Shown in pieces: positions 1-12,383 of a stretch of DNA of 64,000 nucleotides (position 1 is its first letter; every line of letters begins with the position of its first letter). A program made the translations under genes and the position numbers. The notes under the pieces are model-generated. The model was not told where the DNA came from and made no database searches. It worked only from the letters and a program-made list of their open reading frames with translations. The DNA is from Phoronis australis (lineage: Eukaryota; Animalia; Phoronida): assembly GCA_002633005.1 (NCBI GenBank), contig NMRA01000158.1:60229-124228 (forward strand), given 5' to 3'.

Positions 1-2916
1 TCTACAGCTTTGCGCCGATGTCGTTGAAAGTAACCAAGTGAAATCTGACACAAAAGTAGCGTCATTAAAAGCTACTCCGCTTTTCTTTTAGTAAACTAAA
101 TTATTTACCGTTGTTGGACAATTGGCGTTCTACAGTTGAACTAGTCATCTACTGCTAAAATTGTACTGCGCTCTTTTAGGTCGGCTTTCAGCGACTTCGT
201 CACCTGATCTTGACCAGTTTTTCCCCGATTATTCTTCTATCAATTGTTTTTCGCTGCCCCGAGGTTGCGTACAACAAAGTCCCGGAACTGGTTTCATTTC
301 ATTACAATTTTTTAGTTTATTAAGACCAGCAAACCGAATTTTAAAGCACACTTTGGTGATGCGACATTTCTCGGGAGATGTCGCAAAATTCTAGGAAATG
401 GGCCGCACGTGTCACGAGCCGTTGTTTTCAAAACGAAAACAGACTTTTCTTTGTTACAAAACTCAAAAGGTGGAGTATTATGCTAGAAAACGACATTTAT
501 TAAATTGTTTTTTTTTTATTTAAACAGCTGCAATGGGCAGGATTTTGCATGCAACCCCCTCCGCCCTTGAAGGAGGTCATTGATGACATTCAAGTGGCCA
601 CCCTTTTTGTGTTTTTATTGACAAATTCTTAAGGGGCCGCTCACGGAGAGAGGGTTCAATTTTGGAATCGATTACTTCTATTTTCCTGTTTTTGTGAAGT
701 CCTGCAATCGGTTTTCGTGTTGAAGGAGGTCATCTCCTGCATCGTTTTGGGACCACACGACGGTGGAATGAACTGTCACTCTTTTTTCCAAGCTCAATGA
801 TGTTTAACCTTTCTTCTTATAGTGTCCCATTTCAGACGGAATCCTCTCTTGGTGGAGCAGTTCGGAGGAAATGTCCCTTTGTCCCTCCACACATATAAAT
901 CCAAGTATTCATGAGGGAAGTTGAGATTCCAAATTCATCAAAACATACAACATTCGTGGTTAGCTATATAATAATGTTACTGTTTACCCTAGTATCACAA
1001 GAATAGTTCTGTATCTCTTTTGAAGATGCTTACTATGAGTTAGTTGTTAGTAAGGAATTCCCACTTGTGGAAAACATTGCTGTCTAGGATACTATTTGTG
1101 ATGACCGTGTACATGTCGACAGTGGGTATTCAAAGAACTTTCGCAATCATAAACAAAGATTTCAGCGTTATTTTTTGCCAGTTGAGTTTAAGTTTACCTC
1201 GTGAACCGTTATAGGTACCTTTGAAATGACCAAAAATACACCATATTACAAATACCCCATCTCCCATATTCCCTTGGTTACCCGTCAAAAGACTGCGAGC
1301 ATACAAATTCCTTATAACATTCCGTTTTGATAAACAAATTCGTTAGTTTCAGATTTATTTGTTTATGTATCTACAAAAATCGATAGATTCGCACGAATCC
1401 GAGGCGCGTAGCGCCGAGCGGAAGGAGGATTTTTTTGTTTTTAGTAGCTGACTTATTTTTTATTTTGATCCTGTCTGGAGGGGGGTTTGAACCCCCTGAC
1501 CCCTCCCCCCGTAGATCTGCCTCTGGACTGAAGTTGCAAAAACTCTATAATCCGATCGCCGAATAGTAAAGTATGCTTAGACGATTTTTCAATATGCAGA
1601 ACTGACGAATTGTGCATATATAAAATAACTCTCAAGGACATTGATGAAATTCGGACTCACAAACCGTAAATAGAAAAAATGTTTTAAGTCCTTAAATAAA
1701 TTAAATTAAAATCACATGATTGCTTGGAAAGGTTGTCTTAGCACTTTGTTGATGTTTTTAGTTTCCAATAGTATTGAGCAATGAATTTTTGTTCTTCAAA
1801 ACTGAATTGATTGCTTGCTCTGATTAGTGTGCACGTCGTGACTGACATACGTTAGAAATAAGTTGTGATCATGAAGTAGGCCCACGCAGAATCTCAGTGA
1901 TCCACGGGAACTGAATTTGAACTCCAGGCGTTCAAGAAGTTGTACATTTTGGGACACACTATCCTTTTCTCTAGCCCATCAGAAACTGGACTACCGGTCG
2001 TGTTTCAACTAGACATTTTAAAACAGCCCCAAAGACACTATACCAGGGACTTCGGGACCTAACCTATTCAAAAAACCCCTTCAAAGAATGACCACAATAA
2101 AATAAAGTTTTCCTGAAACTGGATCATAACAAAACGAATCTTGACCTTAGAGAGAGTGCAGACGACAGGTACGAGCTGCCTGTCTCAAGTGAATCACAGC
2201 TGAACTGACCAGCAACTAGCTTTAGTTCATCGGGAATTTTGTATTTTCACACCATTGGATCGCAGCTATACATGTAGCTACTTGAGCCATCTCCTCGCTA
2301 CAGGTCAGTGCACTGGTACTAGGTCCATCCTTACTCTCTGTGTTGGTTCACGGTTACTCAGCTCTTCATGGCTGCATTCCCGGTATTGCCCCAGGGACGG
2401 ATCCTGGATTTTGAGTTGGGGGGGCAGGGCAGAGTATTAGCCAGGGTTTTACCTTCGAACTGCCAAATGACATCTGGGAGAATTTGAGATGAGCCATGTC
2501 CCCTTGGTCACCAATAAATCCGCTACTGTGCCTTTCCCCCACCTAGGGCGGACTTGGGAGATTCGGTACAAATATGGTGGCATCGGGAGCACGGGGGCGT
2601 GGTGGCGATGCGGGGGGTTGTTTGGCGAAGTCGNTTTGCCTTCCTACGGGCCTGTTAATAAATAATAACATTGAAATCACACAGAAATTACAAGGATTGT
2701 CCTATTTAACGCTATTACCAAAATATAATATCGCAGTATTTTACCCAGATTGATTGTATAGAGTCTATTTGCTGCAACCATAAGATTTCCAGGTGGAGAA
2801 GCTTTTAATGTATTTTGGTCCAGCCGCATATGACTTAGCAGTACAATGCAGCACAGCGTTATTCGGTTTGGTCACAAGGCAATGAGAATTTTTCTCACCC
2901 CTCACAAGCTGTTCTA
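1..2916 (+). repeat. Copy 1 of a ~2.9-3.1 kb near-identical direct duplication (partner 12384-15447)
   Basis: Colinear match from TCTACAGCTTTGCGCCGATG at 1 and 12384 to ...GTTCTA at 2916 and 15446, with scattered SNPs and small indels. The ORF track shows paired near-identical spurious ORFs. Confidence 0.95.
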
Positions 2917-2920
2917 ATCC

Positions 2921-3171
2921 CATAGGCGGATTTAGGGGGGCAGGCCCCCCCCCCTTAGCTGCCGCAAGCAAAATGAAAGAGCAACAGTGCGAAGCGTGAG
3001 GACCGGTAGCGGGTGAACGTCGAGGTTGCCGCGGAGTGGCTGCTTCCGTTTTTTCTTAGTCGAACGGTAGGTTTTCTTGAACGGAAGGTGCACCTCCGCC
3101 TTTCGGGCCGCCTGCGCACATACCATTGCCAATCACAACATGTTGCCCTTATGGCATCCTAGATCCGCCAC
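2921..3171. mobile_element. Short GGCGGAT-terminal MITE-like element
   Basis: Ends CATAGGCGGATTTAGGGGGG ... CCTAGATCCGCCACT form an inverted repeat. Related ends occur at about 1510-1523, 2390, 12301-12352, 14922 and 25197-25210. Confidence 0.6.
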
Positions 3172-4215
3172 TACGTCCACAAGCGAGGCAGAATCACGTT
3201 GACTTGTGCACAATTGGTGCACTTGCTATCGTCTTGGGTGTTCTCATTTTCATGTATCAAGCAGAACAAGGTGACGTTTTTTAGAGGGAGGCGGAAAAAA
3301 GAAACCATCACGCAGATTATGAGTAAAACAAGAGAAAGCGTAATCAAACCTGATTAACAGCAAGGGCGGCCCTGGCTTCAAGTCACAGAAGACGGCATGC
3401 AGTTTTAATTAAAACGTAGTTTCTGTGTTGGATGACGTATCGTCTTACGTAGCCAGCCAGCTAGCTGTAGGAAGACTATTGTCGGTATACAGCTAGGTAC
3501 CACTGTGTGTTGAACTTCCGACAGACACAAACATGCAGAGCTAAAGACCGGCGAGGGTACATGCAAAATTTGGGGGCCAACCGACACTCACCTTGCCCGT
3601 TCAGATTAAGTGAAGAACAATCTAATACACGTTATTTTTAGCGTAATTCTCGTCGTTTTGAAAACTGTACGCTCGTTAGACGCGCACGCGCCATTTCTTA
3701 AAATTTTTCGATATCTCTTGGAAGATATTGACTGCTTCGCAGCAACAAAATTTGTTCAGAACTTCCATTTGCTGGTACTAAAATGTTAAAAACTAATAAC
3801 GAAGTGAAACAAATTGCGGTAATTTGTTGTGAAGTGTACGTAACCTCGTGAAAGAACAACAGTTGATTGAAAATCCCCGAAAAAAACTGGCTAATGGGTG
3901 ACGCAATATTTCATAGCGCCCAAAACCGCAAAAGATCGTGCCGCAAATTTAGCAGCAGAATAACGGTAGAACGCCATTTTTTCAAGAACGCTAAATAGTT
4001 TAGTGTACTCAAGGAGGAGTGATTTTTGTGTCAGATTTTATCTGCTCATTTTTACCCACATCGGCTCGAAACTGCATATTAGTATTTAGCTTTTCGCCAA
4101 GACTACACCTTCGTTGCTGGGAATTCCATCGACGTCGAAAGTTTCTTGGTAGAAATTCTGCATTTCTAAGAAGTGGCTAGCCCTAGTAGATGGTGACCAA
4201 CGCACGAAACAATCA

Positions 4216-7200
4216 TTACTCTGAGCGTGTAAGCGCAGAGTACTGTTGTTCCTGGGTTTTCTTCAATTTTATTCTTATTACTCTGCGCGTGCAAGCGCAG
4301 AGTACTGTTGTTCCTGGGTTTTCTTCAATTTTATTCTTATTACTCTGCGCGTGTAAGCGCAGAGTACTGTTGTTCCTGGGTTTTCTTCAATTTTATTCTT
4401 ATTCTTATTCTTCTTATTCTTCTTACTCTTCTTATTCTTCTTATTCTTCTTCCGACCAACTTTGAGGCTTAAGTACTAGTCCACGAGAGCACCAGCCATC
4501 CAGCGGCAAGGTGGGGGTCAACCGATTTTCACCAAATTTGGCACATAGGTAGTCCTATGGGATCTATAAACATTGTTAAATATTTCCGCAAAATATTACG
4601 TTTTTCCAAAGTTATAGGCTCAAACACATTTTGCGGCTTCGCAGCCATGTTTTCACGGTATAAAAACTGTTCAGTTTTAACTGTTTATATTTTCCTTGAA
4701 TGAAAGCTATTGATTTATTATTCACTTGGAATTGTTTAGTGGTGCCTATAGATTGTTACACAGATGCCTTGAAACACGATTCCGATTTACCACCCTCATT
4801 TATTAGTTTTACTACACTGCCCCCCCCGTTATGCCATTTTCAGGTTGTGTTCAGTACACTGCTGTACCAAATCTGCCCCCACAGCTATTAGAATGAAACT
4901 TGGCCAAAATGTTGATAAAACATGTTACTTTCATTGCATACTTTCATTGCACAAAATAAAAACTTTGTCAGCCAGTTTATTAGTTATTATACATTTTGGC
5001 ACCTCAAATGTACTAAAATGAGAAATTTTCATATATCTGAGATCGATGCGTGAGCACCGTAAAATCAGATTGTCCTTCATGTTTTTCGATATTTTGCAAC
5101 AAATTAGTTCCTCCTGAATGTTTTGAATGTTTTACTACTTACCACTTAGGGCTATAGTACTCCTAAATACCATACATGGATCCATTTTGTAAAAAGCCGA
5201 TTATGTCCTCCACAGTGAACAGGGTTAGACATGCACTGTACAAATGTAGGTTATTTTGATTTACAGTTGTTATACCTTGCAATTTCCTCATAGGTTTTTC
5301 TTCACACATATTCAAGTCAGATTTTCTGTTGATCAAATGTTCATGCAATGCATTGTAATATCAAATGAATGATAAGTTTGGTGGCATGACAGCATTTTTC
5401 CCACGACTTAAGACAAAAGACCACAGAAATTTTCCTGACGAAATACCGGGTTTGCAGTTCTCTAAAAACATTCGAATGACAAGAGAAACTCCACCACTGT
5501 CCGTGGCAACTCGTCGCATGTTTTTCGCCCATCGGTCCTATCATTGTTTTCTTTTGTTGTGTCATTGTTGGATATAACAACACAGGTCGCATGGATATAG
5601 AACCTTGTGTACATCAGACCGTTGCCAATAAGTGCTCGTCATTATATCTTTATTATAACAACGGGAACAATGAAGATGCTAATCTATTGTTCTCTATGCG
5701 ACCAGGTTTCCCGTGGATGACCACAGAAGAGGAATCCCAAAGTATCCACAAACAATGACCACGCACCTTAGTAACCATTACCGCGCACACGAATCCTTTC
5801 CGTGGAACCTAAACACCAAATTTTTATATCCGTGTATTGTGTTGTATTGTTCATGGTACAGGTTCAGACTCCGTTGTATTAAGATTCCAATCCCAACCCT
5901 GTAATATGTAGTTTGAGTAAAATTTATAGACAATGCAGGTTTATGGATTTATTCTCCTTTAAATGAAGAGCAAAAATCAAATTCTGCACAGGTTTTTTAA
6001 AAGTAATCACTTATTGGAAGATCACACATCTAAAAAATAAAACAATGTTTGACAATTTTATTCCTTATCTTATTTGAAAATTGACTACCTCACAGACAAC
6101 TCATCTAAGTTGAAAATATTCCTTGTGAAAAAATATAAAATACCAACCAGAGACTTGTGTACTACAAAATAAGTTTTCACTACAAAATATGTTTTCGTAA
6201 TACAATGCAAAGATAACTATGCAGTCAAAAGTGCAAATGTTATGACTCTAATAAAAAATTGCTTTCTAGATCTTTTCAACACTCCAATTGCTACAGGACA
6301 AAGTCAACCACACAAATCACATAAAGTCAGGGAATTACACTTAAGGTGATGTAGTCTCACTGCGAAAAAGTGATTTCGCAATGTCGCTGAAAACACTGGA
6401 AATCTCTTCTTCACAAACTTGAGGTTGCTGTATTTACCACATCAATGTTCTTATCAAAACTAACCACCAGAAAATGAAAAATTGGCTTGTCGGTTCCAAT
6501 TAGGCAGCATTTTTACACTGAAATGGCCATGAAAAAAATCCTTTGTAACATGGTTTGCATTACAATTGCCCTACGATTACAGTTGTACATACATACTAGA
6601 CCAGCAACAAAATTACCCATGGGGACCATAAAATGGTCAATTCGCCAAAAAACAAGGAGCCACCAGATCTAATGTGCCAATGCTTTTCAGTACTGTAACA
6701 AAAAATCATTTGAAGTGGACATAAACTCGCCTAAAATCACATAAAACAACTTTTGATTTAGACATTTTACCATCATGAAATAGGCGTTACTTCCAGGTCA
6801 CTTTTGAGCAATTTCAGAACTTTTAAAGATCTGGCAATATGCAATTGCTAGAGACCAGTCTAATAGTGTGTGACTTTATACACACAGCATGGTCTCAAGG
6901 AATACCAAACTGTCAATTCGCTACAATTCCAGAAATCACTTGCCATCTGGATAAGGAACAAACTGAGAACAGTTTATAGAGGTAAAGGGTCTAAATCAAA
7001 ACTTATTACCTCCTGGACAGAATATGGGTTTGCAACCCAGGCAGAAAGATAAGTTAACAAAACCAGCCTAACTGCAACAGGGGCTCAAATTTCAGTAACA
7101 TATTTACAAACAAAAATCTATAATGGTAAATAAAATGCAGAAACATGAATTCAGATCAATTACGTACTTCAAGGAAAAGGAACAGTACAGTGGTCAGAAA

Positions 7201-10200
7201 TCATCTAAATGTGATGGCCAAACTGAGAAATCCTGTCAGACCAAAAAATCCATTGGCTTTAAACAAAATGAACAACGTACCATTACCACGTAGCCCAGGA
7301 TCATGATCGGTGCCTGGACAAAAATGCAGTCCAGGTAAATTTTAGATTTGTGCTGTTCAAACAAGCAGTTCTGGTGCAAACAAAGCTTGCGACAACACAC
7401 AAGCCTACTTGTGCTGACACAATAATGCCACCACTGGCTTTAGCAGATCAGCCAGAGTATTTACAGGTCCAGCCACTGTACTGTTTCCTCTCTTTGATTT
7501 TTTACAATGTTACCGTACATCCTTGACAATCGCAAATCGCCTCTTTCAATGCATACTCCACTTCCTCTGTCCCAGTTTCCCCACATTTGCTGAGAGTGGC
7601 CTATCTCAACAATTTACTTTGGACCTGTTGTGGTATAAGCCAGTAATCTTTGGCAAATACTTTTTCCCCGACTCGTTCCTCGAGTTACAAATTCTCTTTG
7701 ACATATCTCCTGGGAGTAAACTTTTCGGCCTCTCTCTAGCCCCCTGACTTAGTTGCCCAGAAGGGTACCTTCTTGCTGGTTTTGAACTTGTCCATACCCA
7801 ACCTTTACTAATAATCGGCAGGTCTCCAACTTCAGTAGAAGCCACTTCTTCAGCATAAGCCTTTCCTGATTCCTAAAATTGTATTAATGAAAAAATTAAA
7901 CATATTAAATTTAATGTGGCCATTTCGGCTCAGAAAATATGAATACCAAGCTAAAGTGAAGACATCACAAATAAATTATTCAGATTTGATAATAAAAATT
8001 TTCAAAATGAAAAAGGTATAAAACAGAGGTATGGCACATTACATGTAGAAAATATTGAGACCGATTTAAATTATTAGCACTACCTATGTGTCAGCGTTCA
8101 TTGTGAAATTAATGAGTTGTACATTATCGGTATATTTCTCTTCATAACATTGAAACATAAAACAACTGACCAATGTAATATTTTTGAGAAATGCACCAAT
8201 ATTTTTGAGAAATGCACCAATATTTTTGACGGATTTAGCATGTTTAATTAACTTCATAATCGCAGAAATTCATTGGCAGACATAACATACTCTCTAGACT
8301 CTAAAAGTAGTTCATGGGCAGAAGTCATGTTACACATTTGGTGGTTGTTATGAAAAGTTATGACGACTACCTATTTTCTATGCCAATGTATTCATGTAGT
8401 TGCATAAACATCAACACATCTGAATAAGATATGATTAAGCAATGAGGCCCAAGTTATAAGCAATCACGGTGTGTCAATAAATGTATTTTTGCATGAATGA
8501 CGTGCTTCTAAAAATATTCTTCTGGGTCAGACCCTGGAGTTTGGTGATTCCTACCTGAGCTCACACGAAGCAGGACGCTGAACCTTGACTTAACGTCTTT
8601 GGTCATTTTTCAGACCTCTATCAGATTTCTCCTCTAGTGTGCAGGGGATGTACTCAGTGTCTTTGCCGACGCCAATATATCTCGAGGGTTGTAACGATGA
8701 TTTGGGCAAGTGAATCTACTACGGTAGATTATGTAGCTCCTGCTGCACAGCTGCCTCCGAGGCAGACACTGAGAGAGACTACTTCTCAGGACACGCTCCA
8801 CCTTCACATCAGCTCCCCTCACGTTTAAGGTTCTCAAATGTCTCGCTCTATTCCTTGTGCATTTCCCTAGAGTTTCCAAAGTTGTTTCTCTCCGCAATTT
8901 GTAGAAATACCCCCATTCGATGCGACTGGCAGTGTCAGATAAATAGATAAATTCGCAAACCAGCACTTTAGATCAGCCATCATTCAACTAACGCATTGTA
9001 AGCTTTAGTTTGGTATTCAGACGAGTTGGATGATCTAATTTAGTATAATTTCATATTTTAGTGGGAAATGCTAGTGTCCTCAAAATTAATTAAAAACATT
9101 TGAGCAAACCAATTCTTTTTATTGTTGTATGATACCACGGCATTTTAATGCGTAGAAACGGCGCACAACAAGTGACTGGTTTAACATGACAAATACACAA
9201 ACGCGGCCTGAAAATAGTGAAATTCAGACACCTATTACCAAGCCTGCCTTAAAGGCTGACAAAGATTTTATTGTATTAATTTCAAGGGCATGGAGTCTTC
9301 TACATGTCCATGTTATTATTTTTAGTTTTCTCGCGGGGGCAGCTTCGCTATAAGGGTACAACTTACTGCTGGTTTTTCACAAGAATGAAACGTACCTCCA
9401 CGGAAACAGTTACAGTGTTACCATGGTAACCGATATTTCAGTGTCGGTGCCGTTTTTACTGACATTGGTCCTGAACCTATCATGTGATATCAAAATTGTT
9501 TAAAAACGATTCTGTTTGAAGCAGAAACTGGAGTAGAAAATTTGGTCAAAACTGACTCATTCCACATCAAGAAATTGCCTCATTTTGCCCCCAGAACACT
9601 TCCTTGTATTTCCTAAACCACCAATCTTTGTGGTGTCATACTTCACCCAATTTCTCTCATCCCTAATGTGATTTATCAGACTAAACATGGATCTGAATGG
9701 CTGACCCCCACCTTGCCGCTTGTTGGCTGTACAGTGGTCGTTGGATCAGTGGACTGATACTTAATAACTCCAAATTGGGTGCAGGTACGGTCTTTAAATT
9801 CAGCATATGACTTTTGACAGTATATAAATTTTGATTGGTTATATAATCATATTCCATATTGCACCGGTCGTTTGGTGCAAAGGTCATATAATATTAAAAT
9901 ACTACTCCTCCTTCAGCTTTAAAGCTATCTTTTTCAAATTCGGTGCACAGGTATAAGTCAACATGACAATTTAAAAAATTACTTTTCTAAGTAATCGGGT
10001 CATCCAATCAGGTGAAATAGGTCAAAGGTCATTAGGTGCAAACTAAAATTTTGAGCTAGACACTTCAAATTGACAGGTCTGATTGCAACAGGTAAATCAA
10101 ATCAGAATCCAAAGTTTCAGGTCATTTAGTGCAAACATGGGGTCATTAGGTGTATTTTTCTTCTGAAAATTTGACCTTTTCTGATGTGTCAACCCTTAGA

Positions 10201-10624
10201 CAACTGTGATTCTCAGCGTTAAACACAGTTTCCATGGGGTTTGCAATAATTCTCCTAAAGATGCTTAAAATGCACCGGAAAAGGTCAATTAGTGCAAAGG
10301 TCATGTAACGTTCAAAATGTTATATCTCTTACGTTTTTCAAGAAATTCTTTTCAATTTCAGCACACTGGTGTAAGTCAACATGCCAATTGAATACCCTAC
10401 TTTACTTCGCAATAGGCCTAACCAATCAGAAAAAATAGGTCAAAGGTCATTGAGTGCAAACTAGAATTTTGAGCTAGAGACTTCAGAATTACGTATCTGT
10501 TTACTAAGTGTGATTGAATTCTAAATTTTCAGGTCATTTGGTGCACCCATGGGATCATTAGGTGCATTTTTCTTCAGAAAGTTTGACCACTTCATTCATC
10601 TTGTATTCTGAAGTGCTTAAAGTA
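4216..10624 (+). mobile_element. Helentron-associated non-autonomous element (HINE/DINE-1-like), interrupted by a TTAA transposon (4473-9760) and cut off by N10625
   Basis: Three tandem ~61-bp 5' hairpin units (TTACTCTGCGCGTGTAAGCGCAGAGTA) and a (TTCTTA)n microsatellite. The body at 9761-10624 matches copies at 30060, 31260 and 54280-57785. Confidence 0.8.
4473..9760 (-). mobile_element. 5.3-kb TIR DNA transposon with TTAA target duplication and decayed spliced coding remnants; superfamily uncertain
   Basis: TTAA at 4469-4472 and 9761-9764; the empty site GAGGCTTAATAACTCC is seen in a sibling HINE at 31255. Imperfect TIRs GTACTAGTCCAC..GCGGCAAGGTGGGGGTCA / GTATCAGTCCAC..GCGGCAAGGTGGGGGTCA. 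Broken minus-strand coding-like blocks at about 8550-8970, 7280-7870 and 5160-5900. Confidence 0.8.
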
Positions 10625-11559
10625 NTGGAAACATGAATTTGTAAGCAATGAAACTACAGATGTAAGTTTTCAGTCACGAAACCTTGAAAATTACGCAAAA
10701 CCAAGACTTTCTCTTCAACTTTGGCTTGAATTTAACAGACAAGATGGGGTACAATGCCACGTGCAGTAGTACTTAAACAAAAAGAAGGTCACTGATATCA
10801 CTATAAAACATTGAAAGATAACCCAAAGAGTCATGCGGTATCACCCGGGGTACCACTACAACACAAAACATGACAGTTGGGTCGTATAGACCTAATGCGC
10901 TGTAAGACTAGACCTGAAAGGAAAACAGGGACCAGACTATTCCCGGGCATCCAGGGCCACTGGCGGGTGCGTGTACATAATGTTCGGTGTAACTGAAGAG
11001 TTTATATTGACTAATTTTACCGAGAAATGGCTGGAACCATACTTCAAGGTCTGGCTAATGATGCCACTACGAAGAAAAATAACAAAATAAAATGCAATGA
11101 AATTAGGCTTCATGTGATAACAAAGACAATCGAGAGAAGCTCAGTCGATTGCACAGCCTGAAATGTGCAGTGCAAAGTATCGCGAAACCTAGGGGTCGCA
11201 AACTCTGACACTAAAGGTCACGGGTCACGCGCAGAAGTTGGCATTCCAGTTTCATCAGTTCTATGGTAAAATTTATATTATTTAGACTGTCTAGATACAT
11301 TATAAACAGTTGGCATAATGTAAAGCAATTTCCGTAGGATTTAAATTATACGGAAACAATTCTGCTGCTATGATAAAGGAACGGTATTATTGAAAACGCC
11401 CATGAGAATGAAGGCTACCACTCTACTCCTACTTATAGGTAGGCCTTTGAGGAGTTTCTTGTTTCTGGGATACCGTAGTATATGACGAGAACCCAGGAAG
11501 TGAAACCTGACTGTTACCACGGCTCACAGCAAGCACTTTTAATAATTAGTCAAATAGTA

Positions 11560-11780
11560 CACAACTTCATTTTCCTGACATGTTTCGATGCGCACTCCTC
11601 ATTCTCAAAATTTCAAGAATCAGCATGATGTAAAGGTCAAGGTAACAGTAAGCGGTCATGCTGGTGGGAGATATGATAGATGAATAACACAAGGGTAAAC
11701 AAGCCTCCACCAAGGTGGTGTATTTGCACATTCAGGGATGGTTTTATCCAATGAATATACAAAGCCTCCTTAAGTTTAAG
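11560..11780. repeat. Dispersed repeat with an inverted partner at ~16170-16412, possibly a Penelope pLTR remnant
   Basis: ACACAACTTCATTTTCCTGACAT..CAGCATGATGTAAAGGTCAAGGTAACA..GGTAAACAAGCCTC matches the reverse complement of 16255-16410. It contains a TGAGAATGAGGAG..CGAAACATGTCAGG motif on the minus strand. Confidence 0.55.
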
Positions 11781-12383
11781 TCTATAGTCTGTCACTGTTC
11801 AAGATACTAAAACTGGACACTGAGTATTCTGACATGCATTCTGGATGACCATGCAGATGTTTGTAGACTTAAACTTAAAGATAGTCTCCAGCGACCAAAA
11901 CACCCTTTGACACCAGAAATACAAATGATGTTTTTGTTTCTTGCGTACGAGAGAAAGTAATTAATGGCGACGTAAATTACACCGCCCATAATTCGTAGCG
12001 CCCTCGAGCGCCCCAGAGAAATTCTCAATCAGCGTAAATTGGTACTTATGGCATCATCGTGCAAACGAAACGTCCCCGAAGCCTCACCTGCGTAACAGCT
12101 GAGAGTCATTTCTTGGACGTAGGCTAGTTATCGGTCTCTGGGCTAAAATATCGCGTTGGGTACGGGTGCAGCAATCTAAGCGTCCTTGGCATACATTTGT
12201 GCAACGTCCCTGCCGTTCCCGTCATCTGCCGTGTATGGAATAGATTTGTATTCACGACAAGGACTGGGGACAAAATTCCCGATCAGCAAAATCTGTTCTA
12301 CCAGTGGCGGATCTAATATACCAGAAGGGCCCCCCCCCCTAAATCCGCTCATGTCTACACTGGGTGCAAAGCTGTATACAAAA

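Noticed and set aside
840-900. CGGTKGHFLRTAP (minus strand) as a zinc knuckle
   Set aside because: Incomplete CCHC, surrounded by stops, and differs in the duplicate copy; too weak to call.
4216-4450. Tandem ~61-bp palindromic units (also 57490-57785) resembling a CRISPR array
   Set aside because: The spacers are near-identical microsatellite, there are no cas genes, and the context is eukaryotic. They are HINE 5' hairpins.
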